In this document: in pieces, positions 1 through 13,559 of the stretch
How the letters are laid out: each line of letters begins with the position of its first letter
Position numbering within the stretch: the first letter of the stretch is position 1
From: Massalongia carnosa
Taxonomy: Eukaryota
DNA: 64,000 nt
Direction of reading: 5' to 3'
Assembly: GCA_965645245.1 (NCBI GenBank)
Contig: OZ287088.1
Location: 868,001-932,000 of the forward strand
Position numbers and translations under genes: made by a program
The notes under the pieces: model-generated
The model's input: the letters and a program-made list of their open reading frames with translations, nothing else
Databases searched by the model: none
Told to the model about the DNA's origin: nothing

Positions 1-423
1 GTTAACGTCGCAGGTGATACGAATGTTTACGGATTCGATCTTATTTGATATCTGAGTCCGTGTCAAGACGACCAACTGACTCAGCACGAGTCAAAATCTA
101 TTTCCTACGGCTGGCCCTAGACACAACATTTCAGATTGCATGCGGGTGTCAAGTTTCTCCGCCCTATGCAGACGATGAATGGAAGATGTTGTGTTCGGTT
201 AGACTGCGAGCTTACCGAGTAGGATCTAGTTTTTATTCCGGAATAATAGAACATTCCTGTTGATATTGAATGCTTTCGATCTATTATGCGGGGTCAGAAG
301 TGTCCGGATAGGCGATAATTTTTTTAGTTTTGAAAAATAAACTATCATCTTTCAATTCATAATGTCATCATAACATAATTTTCAACAATTCAAAATTACG
401 CAAAAAAAAGTGTTTGTCATATT

Positions 424-1889
424 TACGCCGCGCAACGGGTTGTGTTAATGTAATGGGGTACGAGACCAGTAAGCTTATCACGAGCGACACTGATCTCGAA
501 AGGGGAAATGCTCAGCGTGAGAGGTGGAAGATAGCTACTACGTGCTGGTCTCCGAGAGTATACGTGATCCAAAGAACTAATGGATGTGAAAGTGCTTAGA
601 CCAAGAGATCTCGTCCGAGACCCAAACGTAGGTTGTTCATAGAATAAAGACTAATTGCTAACGAATACTACAGGATTCGTTCTAGTATTTATCCTACTCA
701 CCCCAAGCCTATAGCCTTGGGAGCCTTGGAACCTTAGGAGCCTTGCAACCCACTTCTGACCTTATCGCCTTACATCTAACCATCCCTCAGGATCCATCTA
801 CGAACTCGGCATTCGCTGGATCATCTAGTCAGCCTCGAGCAGCCTTCTAGACCTTCCCTTGCAAGGTAGAAAACTTCTACCTCCGGCTAGATCACTCACT
901 ACATTGCTAGCCTGCCTCTAAACATAAAGTCTAGACGCCGAGGCTATGTAGCTTCATTTCGCCGTCACCACTACCAACGTAGCGATGGAAGGTTACCTCC
1001 GACTGAATCTCTGTCTACACTGCGGACCTGCCTCTAGACACAAGGTCTAGACCACAAGGTCATGTTAGGTTCATTCAGCCGACATCACTACCAGCGTAGC
1101 AATAAAGGTGGAAGCTGAAATTTACACCGGGGAGGCCGAGCTTAAGCTGCGTCCAGCTAGCCGTGCCTCCTGCTACAACTCTTGATCCATCAAGAGATCG
1201 AGTAGCTCCGAGTAGGCCAGTAGATTCCATATAGAGTTCACGGCTTCTCCACAGGAGTTCGCCTTACTCCATGGCAATCTACCACCACGGCCTCGACAGG
1301 TGTTTGATCTGTAAGCAGTCTAGAACGTAGTAACAACTAATTCGGAGTTGTGTGGCAAGGTGGCGTCGTGTCAGCCTCGACGGCTATGCGACTAAGTACT
1401 ACGGCCTGGCTCATGCTAGTTAATCCCGCGACCGCCATAGGCGATCACGTATCCATCTAGCGCCATCCGTATTACAGTTAAACCCGTCGAGTTACTCAAC
1501 CCGTCGGGTTTGGGTCGGGTTTTGGGGTCGGGTTGGACTCCCTCGAATGCGACCCGACGGGTTCGGGTTTTTTATGCGAGTTTCCGGGTTAAACCGTTCA
1601 ACCCGGTCGGTTTATTCTGCGAATTAAATATCAAAATTCGACGAAAACATAACGTTTAAATTGATAAATTTTTTGCTTACTAATCATCATTTCTTGATGA
1701 CTAATTTTCACAATTCCCAGAATTTTCAAATGTGTTTAAAACGTCTAAAAATCACGTTTACAATTGACAAAAAAAATCTACCGGGTCGAACGGGTCAAAC
1801 GGGCTAACCCGGGAACGATTCCCCAACCCGGTAGCCGGTCGGGTTCGACTAGTCAAAACCCGACTCAACCCGACCCGCTGCGCGGCGTA
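424..1889. mobile_element. hAT-type MITE, long form (~430 bp core), interrupted by a solo LTR
   Basis: TIR TACGCCGCGCAACGGG ... CCCGCTGCGCGGCGTA; 8-bp TSD GTCATATT at 416-423 and 1890-1897; many internal AACCCG/CGGGTT motifs; no ORF. Confidence 0.85.
449..1476. mobile_element. Solo LTR, family A (1028 bp)
   Basis: TGTAAT...ATTACA termini; 5-bp TSD GTTAA (444-448, 1477-1481); closely similar copy at 32763-33822. Confidence 0.9.
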
Positions 1890-2088
1890 GTCATATTCAG
1901 AGTTAAAAGGTACGATATAAATCTTGTCGACGTTTTCGTTAATATTATTCCCGAAAATTTTTAATAATGAAATCGTTCTATCATAAAGATCATTTTGAAA
2001 AAGATTGCAACACGCAAAGATCACAAATCGAAAATAGGATTTGAACGATTGAAAATACTCACTACACGAAAAAATTGTTATTTAATAC

Positions 2089-2753
2089 TGTAATAAGGTA
2101 AGCCCAGTATGCGTTCGTTCAACGTAAGATTAGGCTATGTGGCTATGTGGGATACGTACAGCCAAGAAAACCACCAGGACAATAACTTTCCGCCTAACCC
2201 AGTAAAGCATAGTATGGGACTAAACTTATTATGATTATGGAGGTGTTTTCGTTGTATACGAAGTATCCCCTCGCCTCGCCTCACCCCCCATAGCTCGCCT
2301 GCCTAATCTCATCTACCAAAGTAATTCGGTAACCGAAGTATTTCGGAGACCGAAAATACCAGGTAGTATGGGCAAGGTACGGAAGAAGAGTTTAGGTTGT
2401 GGATTGTCCTATTCTATATAGATCAATGATCAAGCACTTCGAAAGTATAACGGTTCGACCAAGCGTGGTCCGGATGGCAGGACCTATAGCGAACATAGCA
2501 GGAGTCCCAGTTATATCAGAATAGAGCTTGGTCTGCGGACTAAGTATTATCCTTTTAGCCGGGAAGGACAGGTGGCGCAATGGTAGAAATCTATTCACTA
2601 TCTCGTTTCGTCACAAAAGGTGTAGCATTTAGTCTACCCTTTGACCCGACCCAAACTATTTTGTACCTCTATTGTGATTATCACGTTGTGTAGCCCCTAT
2701 GGATCCCGTCTTCCAGTAGTGAATGCCTACTGGGAGAAGGTCTCCCCGTTTCA
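2089..2753. mobile_element. Solo LTR, family B, with a nested insertion
   Basis: TG...CA termini; TSD AATAC on both sides; related copies at 11332-11815 and 12245-12729. Confidence 0.9.
2446..2615. mobile_element. Short solo LTR, family D, nested in LTR B
   Basis: Segment absent from the other family-B copies; TATAAC...GTCACA ends; AAAG on both flanks; an independent partial copy occurs at 32634-32762. Confidence 0.65.
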
Positions 2754-2933
2754 AATACGAGCAATTATTAAATCGAAATCAAAAAATCGTCGACAGTTTT
2801 TGGAAAAGTTGCAAGTTAACATTATATTCGATGTTTCTTTAATCATCATGAAACGACGTTTTCGAAATCAAAACGTTAATAAATAACGCGCAGTTAATCT
2901 TACGATGTTAATGGAAACTCATATTGTTGATCA

Positions 2934-3657
2934 TGTGACGAGAAGGACTCGGTGAGATAAGATCAGGTAGTAGTTTGCTATATGTAAGAGTCAGACCTGG
3001 CGATTTTCAGACACCAGGCCTAGGGATATGTGAAAATGTTAAGACACTAATGATTTGCTATACTAATATACTAAAAGAAGTATGTAGGTAAAGCGGAAGA
3101 CTAATCGTTGAAGATTGCATCTCCCTCGAGCAGCCTCCTTATATACCCGGACCGAAGCCCTTGACCCTCTGGGCCCTTGATACTGTAACTATCTTGACCG
3201 CCCATTACTCCTACCGGATAAGCCGGCTAAACACTCTGCTGACTGCATCGTGGACACTGTGCTGACTGTATCGTGGACACTGTGCTGACTGTATCGTACC
3301 ATCCGCTCACTAATCGTACGAGCATCCTCGTATATCTTGATCGCTCGTACTATACTCTCGGCAGTAGATACCAGCCGCGTAACGCAGACCAACTGCTTTC
3401 CATATGACTAAGCCTAGCCGTAGAACTAAGCCCCGCTTAGTTAGCTTAGCCCTTATTCCTTCTATGCCCTGACACTATAGGTAGGCTATCGGATATTTAC
3501 AAGACGTTCGACAAGGAAGAAAGAAAATCTCAACAGCGAAAGTAAAGATATAATCTTTCCATTGATCGCGCTACCCATGCAAAGCCTAGCCCTCGCTTAT
3601 TATTCAAGTCTTAGCACCGTGACTCGATTCTGGTGCTAGCGAGGCAGTACCGTGACA
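2934..3657. mobile_element. Older solo LTR (~227 bp) interrupted by LTR C
   Basis: TGTGACG...CGTGACA termini; flanks GATCA/GATCG (one mismatch). Confidence 0.6.
2983..3474. mobile_element. Solo LTR, family C (492 bp)
   Basis: TG...CA termini; TSD CTATA; near-identical inverted copy at 36507-37021. Confidence 0.9.
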
Positions 3658-3778
3658 GATCGATTAAATTGAATCTAATATATCAAGAGGTTATCTCTCC
3701 GTCACAGGAGAATGAAGACTTGACAAAGATGAAAAACAGACTTCAAATCGATTATCTGTGTTAAAACTCTTTACGAGT

Positions 3779-4174
3779 TGTTTAAATAGGTATATGATTA
3801 TGATTAAATGACTATGTAATAATAAGTATATATAAAACCGTGATGTTAAGGATAAAGAGTACTATTCAGCAGTCTTTAGCCTATTACTGGTCATCTTTAT
3901 ATAGCGAGGTGATCTTTATCTTATCTTGAGACTAGGTCTAATGCGGTTTTTACGGTTTCTACGCCGCGCAACGAGTCGGGTTTCTCTACTGAAAACCCAA
4001 CCCGTTTATGGCGAACCCTATAATTTTGGTATCTGGTTTGAGTTTTCCGAGAAAAAGCCTATGGCGAAAACACAATTTTGTGGCGAAAACCCAACCCGTT
4101 ATGCTGCGTAACGGTTTCCTAGTTTATTGAACTCGTAAGTATTCATTGTACTGATAAGAGTTGAATATTTAACA
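3779..4174. mobile_element. Diverged solo LTR of the Copia family found at 13224-25295
   Basis: Matches the LTR at 25064-25295 along its length; interrupted by a MITE; no TSD recognisable. Confidence 0.8.
3960..4110. mobile_element. hAT-type MITE, short form (151 bp)
   Basis: Same TIR as 424-1889; 8-bp TSD ACGGTTTC. Confidence 0.9.
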
Positions 4175-4414
4175 CTATCTAAGTCACCGAGTCAAAAGGC
4201 TAATACCGAATTATTAAACAGATAAAACCTCTCTGCAGTCTAAGACCCCCTTGACAATAAAACACTGTTCTAATTGGCTAATTTCTGATCTTAGGAGAGG
4301 GTTAGTTCATAAAACCAGGTCCTTTGATTGATAAGGAAAGATACATAAATTTATATGCAAACGTCATTAAAGCTTATATATCCTTTCTTAAAAATCAATT
4401 GAATCGGAAATATT

Positions 4415-4555
4415 TGTCAGGGTCCTAGCCTGACATAAGGCTGAGATAGAAGGGGTGATCACGGAATCACGTGAGGCTAGCGCGACACTCGATGCAGGTA
4501 TTTTTAGTGAGTCGAGCATAATGATTCTTTTCTTCTTTATAGATAAATTTTGGTT
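4415..4555. mobile_element. Fragment of a Gypsy-related LTR
   Basis: Begins TGTCAGGGTCCTAGCCTGAC, similar to the reverse complement of the LTR at 13250-13455; right end not resolved. Confidence 0.45.
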
Positions 4556-5337
4556 TAATAGCGGTCGATTAGAATCGACGACAGCTTCTTTACAATCTAA
4601 TCCCTCCTCCTATTCAATCTACCACCGCTTGCAAGGTCTGTTTCTTCAACATCAAAAACAGCCTTCTAATCGTTTAAGGCACCTTTTAATTCATCTTTAT
4701 TACATATTTCATATCTTTAGAGTTAACCTTCTCAGCCCCTACTTATGTTATTATTCTATTCATATCTGATTCAGGCTCTCGTATCTCCTTAATGTCTTCC
4801 TGATTAGTGGGTAACGTCCAATTTCCAACCTAAATGTCGGGTATGTCTTTGATTGACAATTTTTCATCTTCTGAACCATCAACAACGAGCAATAATCCCA
4901 GCTTTCGAAATTTTTGACGAATGAGAAAAGCGTGTTTCGTTTCCAGTTCATTCCACGATTAACCTACCAATTTTGTTAGTATAATCCGTCGATTATCTAC
5001 AGTGAAGCATCCTTTGTATTGGAAATTGCCGAGATACCTGAATATTTGCGAGCGAGGTTCTTTTGCCTCCTGCTTACTAATTTCCAGATTGAACAATTAT
5101 ATACTATATGCGAAAAGCTTCAGATATCAGCACTACTTCGACGACTACGAAGAGGCAAAGATATGCAACAAAAATGCTACATTTCGGAGGCAATTTAGCT
5201 TTTCATGATCACTAAATGTCTCGATATCTTCGATAGACAATATAATAAATTTTTGCACAGCTGAAAAGATTGAAAGAAAGCAGATTCATGTATTTGATAA
5301 AAGTCGAGATTAAGATTTCCAAGCAGTATAAAGAGAC

Positions 5338-5487
5338 TACGCAGCGCAACGGGCTGGGTTTTTGCGACAAAATTGCTTTTTCGCCACCGAGTTTTTCTCT
5401 GAAAACTCAACCCGCACATCGTAAATCATAACGTTTACCAAACGGGTTGAGTTTTCAGTAGAGAAACCCGACCCGTTGCGTGTCGTA
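5338..5487. mobile_element. hAT-type MITE, short form (150 bp)
   Basis: Degenerate family TIR; 8-bp TSD AAAGAGAC. Confidence 0.9.
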
Positions 5488-6186
5488 AAAGAGACCATGA
5501 TTTCTCATGTAGCTTAGCTTTTCAGTTGTTTAGAATTCAATTCAGCAGATAACTAAATTCGAAGTATCTTTACTGAAAATACAGAATATTTGTATCACGT
5601 TTGTCAAGCAATTCTTTTTGATTATTCTTGATAGTTTTAGATTTTTCTTCTTCCGCATTTCTTTGTCGTATATCTGATTTGTTTTTTGCTCAACAGATTA
5701 TGAGCTCGAATAGCACTTTATTCAAATTCAGGATTCTTTTCCACTAAATCTTTTATCTTAGAAAATATTATACCTGTGCTTATTTGAACTCTTAATTATT
5801 CGTTTCGATATTTGAATAATAAGACTTCTTTACTATCAGAATATCTACCTCAGAAGACTGTCAAGATATCGAAGATATACATAAGATATTTATCATTCTC
5901 GAGGCTAGCAAGATATTATTATCAAAAGACAAGTGAATAGCGACTATGACAATTATTGATAAGGAAAGTTAAATGGTATATCAGGTAGGGAGGAGAGAAG
6001 ACTGCATAAAGATGTGTTCTATTGAGATCTGTCTACATGGCTACTATATACTGCCTAGCACGCCAAGGCTCGCAGGGCTGCGCTACATCTATAAAGGGGG
6101 TTGGATGATAATTTAATAAGGGATATAAAAGAAATGTCGATGTGAAAAATAAAATAAAACTGTCAAAATTTATTAACGACAATTAC

Positions 6187-6423
6187 TGTGGGTTTACCCC
6201 AACTCGTGGCACAAGACGTATGACTACGTCAGTACTTGAGTTGGATGGTAAAGTGGTTCTATTAGCTAGTAGCGAGCGTGGGCTATATAGGCGTTGGCCC
6301 CGTTTCGGGGTCACGTGGCTAGCTAGGCGTCCCGTGCCTAACAGTGACGCGGGCCTTAATAGCCTCTAGTCGTGCCCACAGCTCGTTCTATCCAGCTCGC
6401 TCTATCTATTAGTGTTACTAAAA
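6187..6423. mobile_element. Probable solo LTR
   Basis: GC-richer block starting TGTGGG, flanked by ATTAC on both sides; terminal CA appears mutated. Confidence 0.45.
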
Positions 6424-6904
6424 ATTACAGATTGTGATTTTATTTTTTAAATCTGTATTTAATTGTCACATTGATCTGAAAATTAGTCAGTGAAGAAATA
6501 CTTGAATTATCAGAGAGTTTATCTTTGTATAAAGACTCGTGAATCCTTGATAATGTTACAGCAATTATCATCCTCATGAAAATCAGAAATGAAAGACAGT
6601 AGAAGCATGTGCAATTATAGCAATCTGTCAAAAAAGTATGGGATGCTTAAAAGAAAATTCACGACAAAGATTTCAAAATATGTTTGATTCTCATGCTTCG
6701 CCGATTTCATTAGTATAAAGTCAAGGTAATGAAAGAAGTAAATAAGATTACAGCAGAGTTAAAGATTAGAAAGAAATCCTGGCAAATATCAATTCAAAAG
6801 TGAAATCATTCGATATCATGATAAGCTTAATGTTAATGAATTCGATTAAACGTCGTAAAAGAGCATGGAAGTGAGCCGACGAAGAAAATCTAGCGAAAAT
6901 TCTT

Positions 6905-9700
6905 CGTCTACCTGTAGTCACGGAGTGGCCGCGTACCCCGCAAGTCATAGACGACTTAGCGAATCGACTACAGTCTGCCATTATTGACGCGATAAATGAG
7001 ACCATTCCCTGGACGGCTCCCTGCCCCGTCTCCAACCCCTTCTGGAACGAGCGTTGCGCTGTCGCTATGGCAGAGACTCGACGTCGAAGACGCGAGTGGA
7101 CGAGCTGGAAGACAGAGGCAACGTGGCGCAGGAATCTTAAATCGGCGGATGAAAAGAAGAAGATCATTACCAAGGAGAAGAAGCTCGACTTCAGAAGAAC
7201 CTTAGCAGAGATAACGTCTGCGTCCGAAGGCATATAGCGTCTTGCTCGATAGGCTCGTACGTGCAGTCACTTACCGCGAGACATTCCCAAGGAGCCCGAT
7301 CTGACGCACACGCTTGCGGACGGCATAGCAGTCACTGCGTCCATATTCGACGAAAAGATGTCTCTTCTCTCTGACCTGTTCTTCCCCTATGCAACCGCAG
7401 CAGAACTCAGCGACCCGACGACGTATCGCTACCTTCCCGCTGTCGCAGAAACGGAGTCTCTTATCACAGGCGAGGAGATAGAGGGAGCAATCAAGCGTTG
7501 TAAGCCGAACTCTGCTTCGGGCCCCGACGGAATACCGAATAGATTACTCAAGCTTCTAATCAAGTCGATACTGCCCACGGTGGTCCTTCTGTTTCGCGCC
7601 TGCGCAGAGCAGGGGTATCACCTACTCTGCTTTCGCGAGGCTCACACTATTGCAATCAAGAAGCCGAACAAGCCGAACTACACTCTCGCTAAGGCCTATA
7701 GACTTATCGCGCTTCTGAATACGCTTGGGAAGGTCTTGGAATCGATCATAACTAAACACATAGCTGCTATTTCGGAGACCCAAAATCTACTTTCTGACTC
7801 TCAGATTGGAGGACGACGACAAAGATCCTGTGAAACGGCGCTTGAACTCCTCACCGAACAGATACACACGGTATGGAACACGGGGTCAGACAAATTGGCT
7901 ACGATTTTGAGCATTGATGTGGCCGGTACCTTTGGTCACGTCTCGGCGGAGAGAATGCTGCACAATCTTCGCAAGAGAAAAATTCCTGAATGAATCTTAG
8001 CATGGGTCGGAAGCTTTTTACAGCAAAGAAGGTCCATACTGACAATCGGCGGTCAGACGTCTTCGATGCGCATTGATCACGCCGGTATACAGCAGGGGTC
8101 GCCAGTATCGCCCATTCTCTACATTTTTTACAACGTAGATATTTTGGAGGAGCTAGAGCGATCTCGACTCAAAGTCACCGCGTTGGTGTTTATTGACGAT
8201 ATCATTTTACTGGCATACGGCACCTCGACTGCGAGTAACTATCGAGCTTGAAAACGTGCTCACGAGATGTGCGAGCTGTAGGCTAGACGTCATGGAGCGC
8301 ACTTTGCGCCTGCTAAATACGAGCTACTACATCTCGCCAGAAATAATCGTCGCTTCAACATGACGGCTGCCGTGTGCATAGGAGGCGTGGACAAGACGCC
8401 TTCGCCGTCGGTGCGAGTGCTTGGAATTCAGATCCACTCCAAGCTTAAATGGGGCCCTCATCTAAAGTTCACACAAGGCAAAATGGCTACGCAGACCTTG
8501 GTATTATCTTGACTTACGGCTTCTACGTAGGGAGCGTGCTTTACGAAGGCGAGACACGTTTATAGCGCCGTCGTGCGACCGGCCATTACCTTTCGCTCTA
8601 CCGTCTGGCATTCGCCATATGGCAGTCCCAACGGCACGCAGAGGATCGATAAACAGCTCGGTGACATACAGCGAGAGTGTCTGCGAGCTATAAGCGGAGG
8701 ATTTCGCGCTACTCCGCAAATCATCATCGAAGCCGAAACTCACGTTTCTCCAATTCAGCTGCATCTGGCTCACATGCAGGCGAAGGCACGACGACGTCTT
8801 GAAGAACATGAACACGATCAACGCATCTCCGCTTTCTGTGAGAAGATCAAGCGCAAGCTGACTGCTTCGCGCGGTAGACGACAGCGCGCCCTTAACGCTA
8901 CGCCGGCTTAGCGTAAGCGTGACTGGTATACGAGGCAGATTGCTCGAGTCCGGCCTGCTGACATGATAGAGGACACTCCGACGGACAGAGGGCTAGCCAA
9001 GATCTTCAACAATCAGTGGAAACAGACCAGGAGCGCGTATCAAGCGGCTCATCAGCGTCAACCCTGCGCTGCGCTTACTGAGAATCTTTCGATAAAGAGA
9101 ATGGGATTACATAAGAGCTTAAGCAAATCCGAAAGCAGCCACATCATTCAAATGCGTACTGAGCGTATTTCTTGGCAGATTATAACTTCTCTTGTCGAGT
9201 TCCCAGGTTCGCTTCGCCGGCGTGTAGCTGTCTATAGGCACGCTAGACGATCAAGCAATTGCTACTCAGCTTCCCCAGGTTTGTTAACGGCCGAAGCAAC
9301 ATGTGCAGAAACGCCGGAACGACGGATAATCACCGCCTTCTGACTACCGAAAAGGGCTTACGAGCCTCCGCTCGCTAGCTTATGCGGACTAATCTACCGA
9401 CACAGTTCTCGCTAGCTGTAGAGTCTCTTTCTTCCTCCCCTTGACTGTTGCGTAGTGATGGTCACAAACTCTAGTTATAACAGAGGCAGAAGGTAGTCTC
9501 TTGATACGCATTTGTGTCGTATACGTATCGCTGGCGAAACGTAGCATTCGCGAAGTGAGGTCGAGCGATCACGTGTAGGTATACAGATGAAGGTTTTTTT
9601 TTTCCCCCTAGATGAGGGTTTTCCTTCTTTGAAACTTTGATAGCTTTTCTCGCATGGGTCGGCTGTAGCTGATGTTACAACGAGTATATATTTAATAATA
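6905..9700 (+). pseudogene. 5'-truncated, decayed Tad1-like LINE ORF2 (reverse transcriptase and C-terminal region)
   Basis: RT motifs ASGPDGI, YRLIALLNTLGKVLE, GIQQGSPVSPILY, FIDDI; repeated in-frame stops at Trp codons; homologous to the intact ORF2 at 54778-58632. Confidence 0.9.
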
Positions 9701-9726
9701 ATGAATTCGATTAATCACGAAAGAGG

Positions 9727-10370
9727 ATAATGATGATGATTATTGATTCTTGTACCGATCTGACACTGGCCGAAGGCTGGCCCATACGGGCTATCTACTT
9801 ATTCTTACAGGGAAACCCTTTTAAAGGGATAAAAACCATACAGACTGCGCTATTATCCTAAACGTGTTCTGTTTCTGGACTGCATTCTTCGCTTGATGTT
9901 TTGTGAAATCCTTGACAAAATAAGAGTTATCACTCGTACAACAGTTGTGATGCTAGTGAAAATTGGGTCAGCAAATTTGCTTTTATTATCCATGTGGTTA
10001 GTTTTTTCAACTTTTTCGATGAGCTCATGATCGTTCGATAGTCGTTGATGCCTATTTGTTTTAGCACTTCGTATCTGCGGTCGATTAGCCTGCAATGTAG
10101 AATAATGTTTTTGGCTGTCTGCTTCTGCCACTCGCACGAGCCGGCCGGGGTCATAATGCCCGGTACCCGACGATTGAATAGGAAGTTTGCCAAGCGAATT
10201 TTTTCGTAGCGGATTTGCGTGGCTAGCGCGCTTTCCACTTTCATCAGGTTGTTATGAATCTTCAGTCTCGTCCTACAGAGAGATCCCAACTGTGCCTCTG
10301 TCGGATAGGGAATACGGTTCTGGTACGTCTTCCATTTGGAGTCCCAGCGTTCCTTGATGCGTTCTATGGT
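9727..10370 (-). mobile_element. 3' fragment of another Tad1-like LINE
   Basis: ORF 9930-10289 resembles the ORF2 C-terminus (ESALATQIRYEKIRL...HC...LLTQFSLA); 3' end motif shared with the LINE at 54413. Confidence 0.75.
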
Positions 10371-10512
10371 GGATCACGAAAGATATAATACTATAAAATT
10401 GCAATTAAACGACTTGAAAAATCCCACGTTTCGAAAAATGATTGAAAAATATAAAAAAATCGAGCAAAAAATCAGAAATAACGCAAGAGTTTCTTAAGAA
10501 ATCACTAATAAG

Positions 10513-10869
10513 TGTAAGAGTTACTCTGGACTAGGAGTAGTATAGTAGGTTAAAGGTAGCTCTATAGTACTGATACGGAATGGTTACTAATTAGGTGTAT
10601 ATCAATTTAGTAGTTGAATTGTAAGATAATCTATCTAGGTGGTCCTAACATCATATTATATAGATCAGTGGGCTTAGTCGAGGTCGAGTTTCTTTAGTAC
10701 TTTGCCAACAAAGTAAACTATAGGCGGACGTTCCTCCGTGGGCTCAGGCCTTCCATGGCCTGGCCCGTTGCATGAGTCATCGCTTGACCTGACTATAGTA
10801 TGACCGTATTTAGCACCGCTGAGTTATCAAGCTTAGTAAAAATCAACCTTATACGGCGGCGTCTTAACA
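10513..10869. mobile_element. Solo LTR (357 bp)
   Basis: TGTAAG...CTTAACA termini; TSD ATAAG. Confidence 0.8.
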
Positions 10870-11331
10870 ATAAGATCTTTATCAAGTCTTATAAGTTCAA
10901 AAAAAAAGGAATCACGGCAAGAAATCTGATCACCTAAAAATCAAATTTTTGAATAACTTGTCAATGACGAAGAATAGATCTACAAGAAAGATATCGTCAA
11001 TAAGATTCAATCAAAAGACAAGAAAGTCAAGACCGAAAATAAGAAAAACAAAAAGTTAAGAAATGACAAACGCGAAAAAGGTCGACAAGATTATATTACA
11101 CGCAAAGCATTCGACACAAGAAATAACGACGAGTCAGTATACATATGATCGCATACTAATTGACCACGTGAATTAGAACGACGATAAGAATTAAATCGAC
11201 TACGTCAACAATGAGACGCGTTATCGTACTTGTCAGAAATACTTCTTTTCTAAAAATTTTGTCAAAGTGACAAAACTTACATTTAAAGTAATACTTTCGA
11301 ATGAGTAAATTATTGACTTAAAGAACAGTCC

Positions 11332-11815
11332 TGTAATAGGGTAGGCCTAGTATGCGTTCGTTGAACGTAAGACTGGCCTATGTGGCTATGTGGGATACGT
11401 ACAGCCAAAATAGCCACCAAGAGAATAAGGTCCCGCCTAAACCAGTTGGGCATAGTGTGGGGACTTAAATTATTATAGAGGTAATTTCGTAGTACACGAA
11501 GTATCCCCTCGCCTCGCCTCACCTCACCTAGCTCGCCCGCCTAGTCTCATCTACCCGTGTCTTTCGGTGACCGAAGTATTTAGGTGACCCAAAATACCAG
11601 GTAGTATAGGCGAGGTACGGAAGAAGAGCTTAGGTTGTAGATTCTCCTATTCTATATAGATCAATGATCAAGCAATTCAAATTGGTAGCATTTAGTCTAA
11701 CCTTTGACCCGACCATACCTATTTGTACCTCTATTGTTACCATCACGTTGTATAGCCCCTGTGGATCCTGTCTTCCAGTAGTGAATGCCTGTTGGGAGAA
11801 GATCTCCCCGTTTCA
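11332..11815. mobile_element. Solo LTR, family B (484 bp)
   Basis: TG...CA termini; TSD AGTCC. Confidence 0.9.
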
Positions 11816-11974
11816 AGTCCTCATATAACGATCAATAGGAAGTTATTCCCAAACTTTACACTGCAGATTAATTGAATGACGAAAATTAATAAGATAAAGA
11901 TAAAATCATTTGATAAAAATAATATATCGAAGAATAATAAGTTCAAACTCACAGAAGTATTATACGATTTGGAC

Positions 11975-12897
11975 TACGCCGTGTAACGGGTCTGGTTTGG
12001 TCTTGTTCTGTCTAGTAGAACCCGACCCGCTACCGGGCTGAGGAACCTGTAGGGCTTATTCCGGTTGGTTGGGGAACCGCTCTCGGGTTAACCCGTTTGA
12101 CCCGTTCGACCTAGTATATTTTTTATGTCAAATTTAAACGTGTTTTTTAGACGTTTTAGATACATTTAAAAATTCTGAAAATTCCGAAAATTAGTCATCA
12201 TGAAAGGATAATTAGTAAGCAGAATTTTATTTACTTTAAACATCTGAGACGGGGAGACCTTCTCCCAACAGGCATCCACTACTGGAAGATGGGATCCGCA
12301 GGGGCTACACAACGTGATAGTCACAATAGAGGTACAAAATAGGTAGGGTCGGGTCAAAGGGTAGACTAAATGCTACCCTTTTAAAGTTCTTGATCATTGA
12401 TCTATATAGAATAGGACAATCCTCAACCTGAGCTCTTCTTCCGTACCATGCCCATACTACTTGGTATTTTCGGACTTCGAAATACTTCGGTCTCCGAAAC
12501 ACTCAGGTAGATGAGACTAGGAAGGCGAGCTAGGGGAGGTGAGGCGAGGCGAAGGGATACTTCGTGTACTACGAAAACACCTCTATAATAAGTTAAGTCC
12601 CCGCGCTATGCTTAACTGGGTTAGGCGGGACCTTATTGTCTTGGTGGTTGTTTTGGCTGTACGTATCCCACATAGCCACATAGGCCAGTATTACGTTCAA
12701 CGAACGCATACTAGGCCTACCATATTAAAACATCATATTTTCGTCGAATTTTCATGTTTAATTTGCTGAAAAAACTGACCGGGTTAAACGGTTTAACCCG
12801 GAAACCCGCATGAAAAACCCGATCCTGTCAGGTCGGGTTCGAGGGGGTCTTACCAGATACTAAAATCCGACCTAAACCCAACCCGTTGCGCGGCGTA
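11975..12897. mobile_element. hAT-type MITE, long form, interrupted by LTR B
   Basis: Family TIRs at both ends; flanks ATTTGGAC/ATTTGGAG. Confidence 0.85.
12245..12729. mobile_element. Solo LTR, family B, inverted orientation
   Basis: Reverse complement of 11332-11815; TSD ACATC. Confidence 0.85.
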
Positions 12898-13559
12898 ATT
12901 TGGAGTGAATGCGAATTTGTTGCCAAGTTCAACAGAACAAATTATTGAAATGATTGTAAGATTTGAATTGAATTGCGTCAAAATTTTGTGAAGAAATATT
13001 TGTCTCGTTATTGAGTTATTGAAAAGAAAAATATATCTGCTTCGATTCGTATAAAGAGAAATAATTCTGATAATTATTGAGAATCTCGAGAAAGAAATTT
13101 CAATTATTTCGAATTCAAATATCGGCGAAAAATCTTTCGGAAATCAGAATTTGTCAAGAATGTCAGAAAATACAAAAGACAACAAAAATGCAATTAACAA
13201 TCGATTTCAATTGGAAAGAAATCTGTTGAAATAGGTATATGACTATGGCTGTCAGGCAGCTTGCCCTGATATTATTCAGTAGCTATGAACTAGAATTTAA
13301 CTACAAGGAAGGAAAGAAAAGAATAATCATCGCTGAACTCCTAAACATAATCTACCGTGGGTGCGCTGCCAGTCAAGCGACGCGCGCTACTGTTTAGGCG
13401 AGTCGCGCTGTCCCGTGACCACCAGAGCATGTCGGGTCAGGCCAGGACCCTGACACTACCCCCCCTTCTATGGACGACGTCTCGGAGTCGTGAATAATCC
13501 GCTCCGTTCATCTAGTTCTTGACTACAGAGTAAAGAAACGAATAATCCCTTATTCGAAG

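Noticed and set aside
424..1889. Tc1/mariner classification of the MITE because it is bounded by TA
   Set aside because: 8-bp duplications lie outside the TA in several copies, so the TA belongs to the TIR
11310..12769. Repeated small ORFs (MRRGEGILRVLR..., and MVCVTRLVSTAES... at 3189 and 36589)
   Set aside because: They recur only because they lie inside solo LTR copies; non-ATG starts and no domain features
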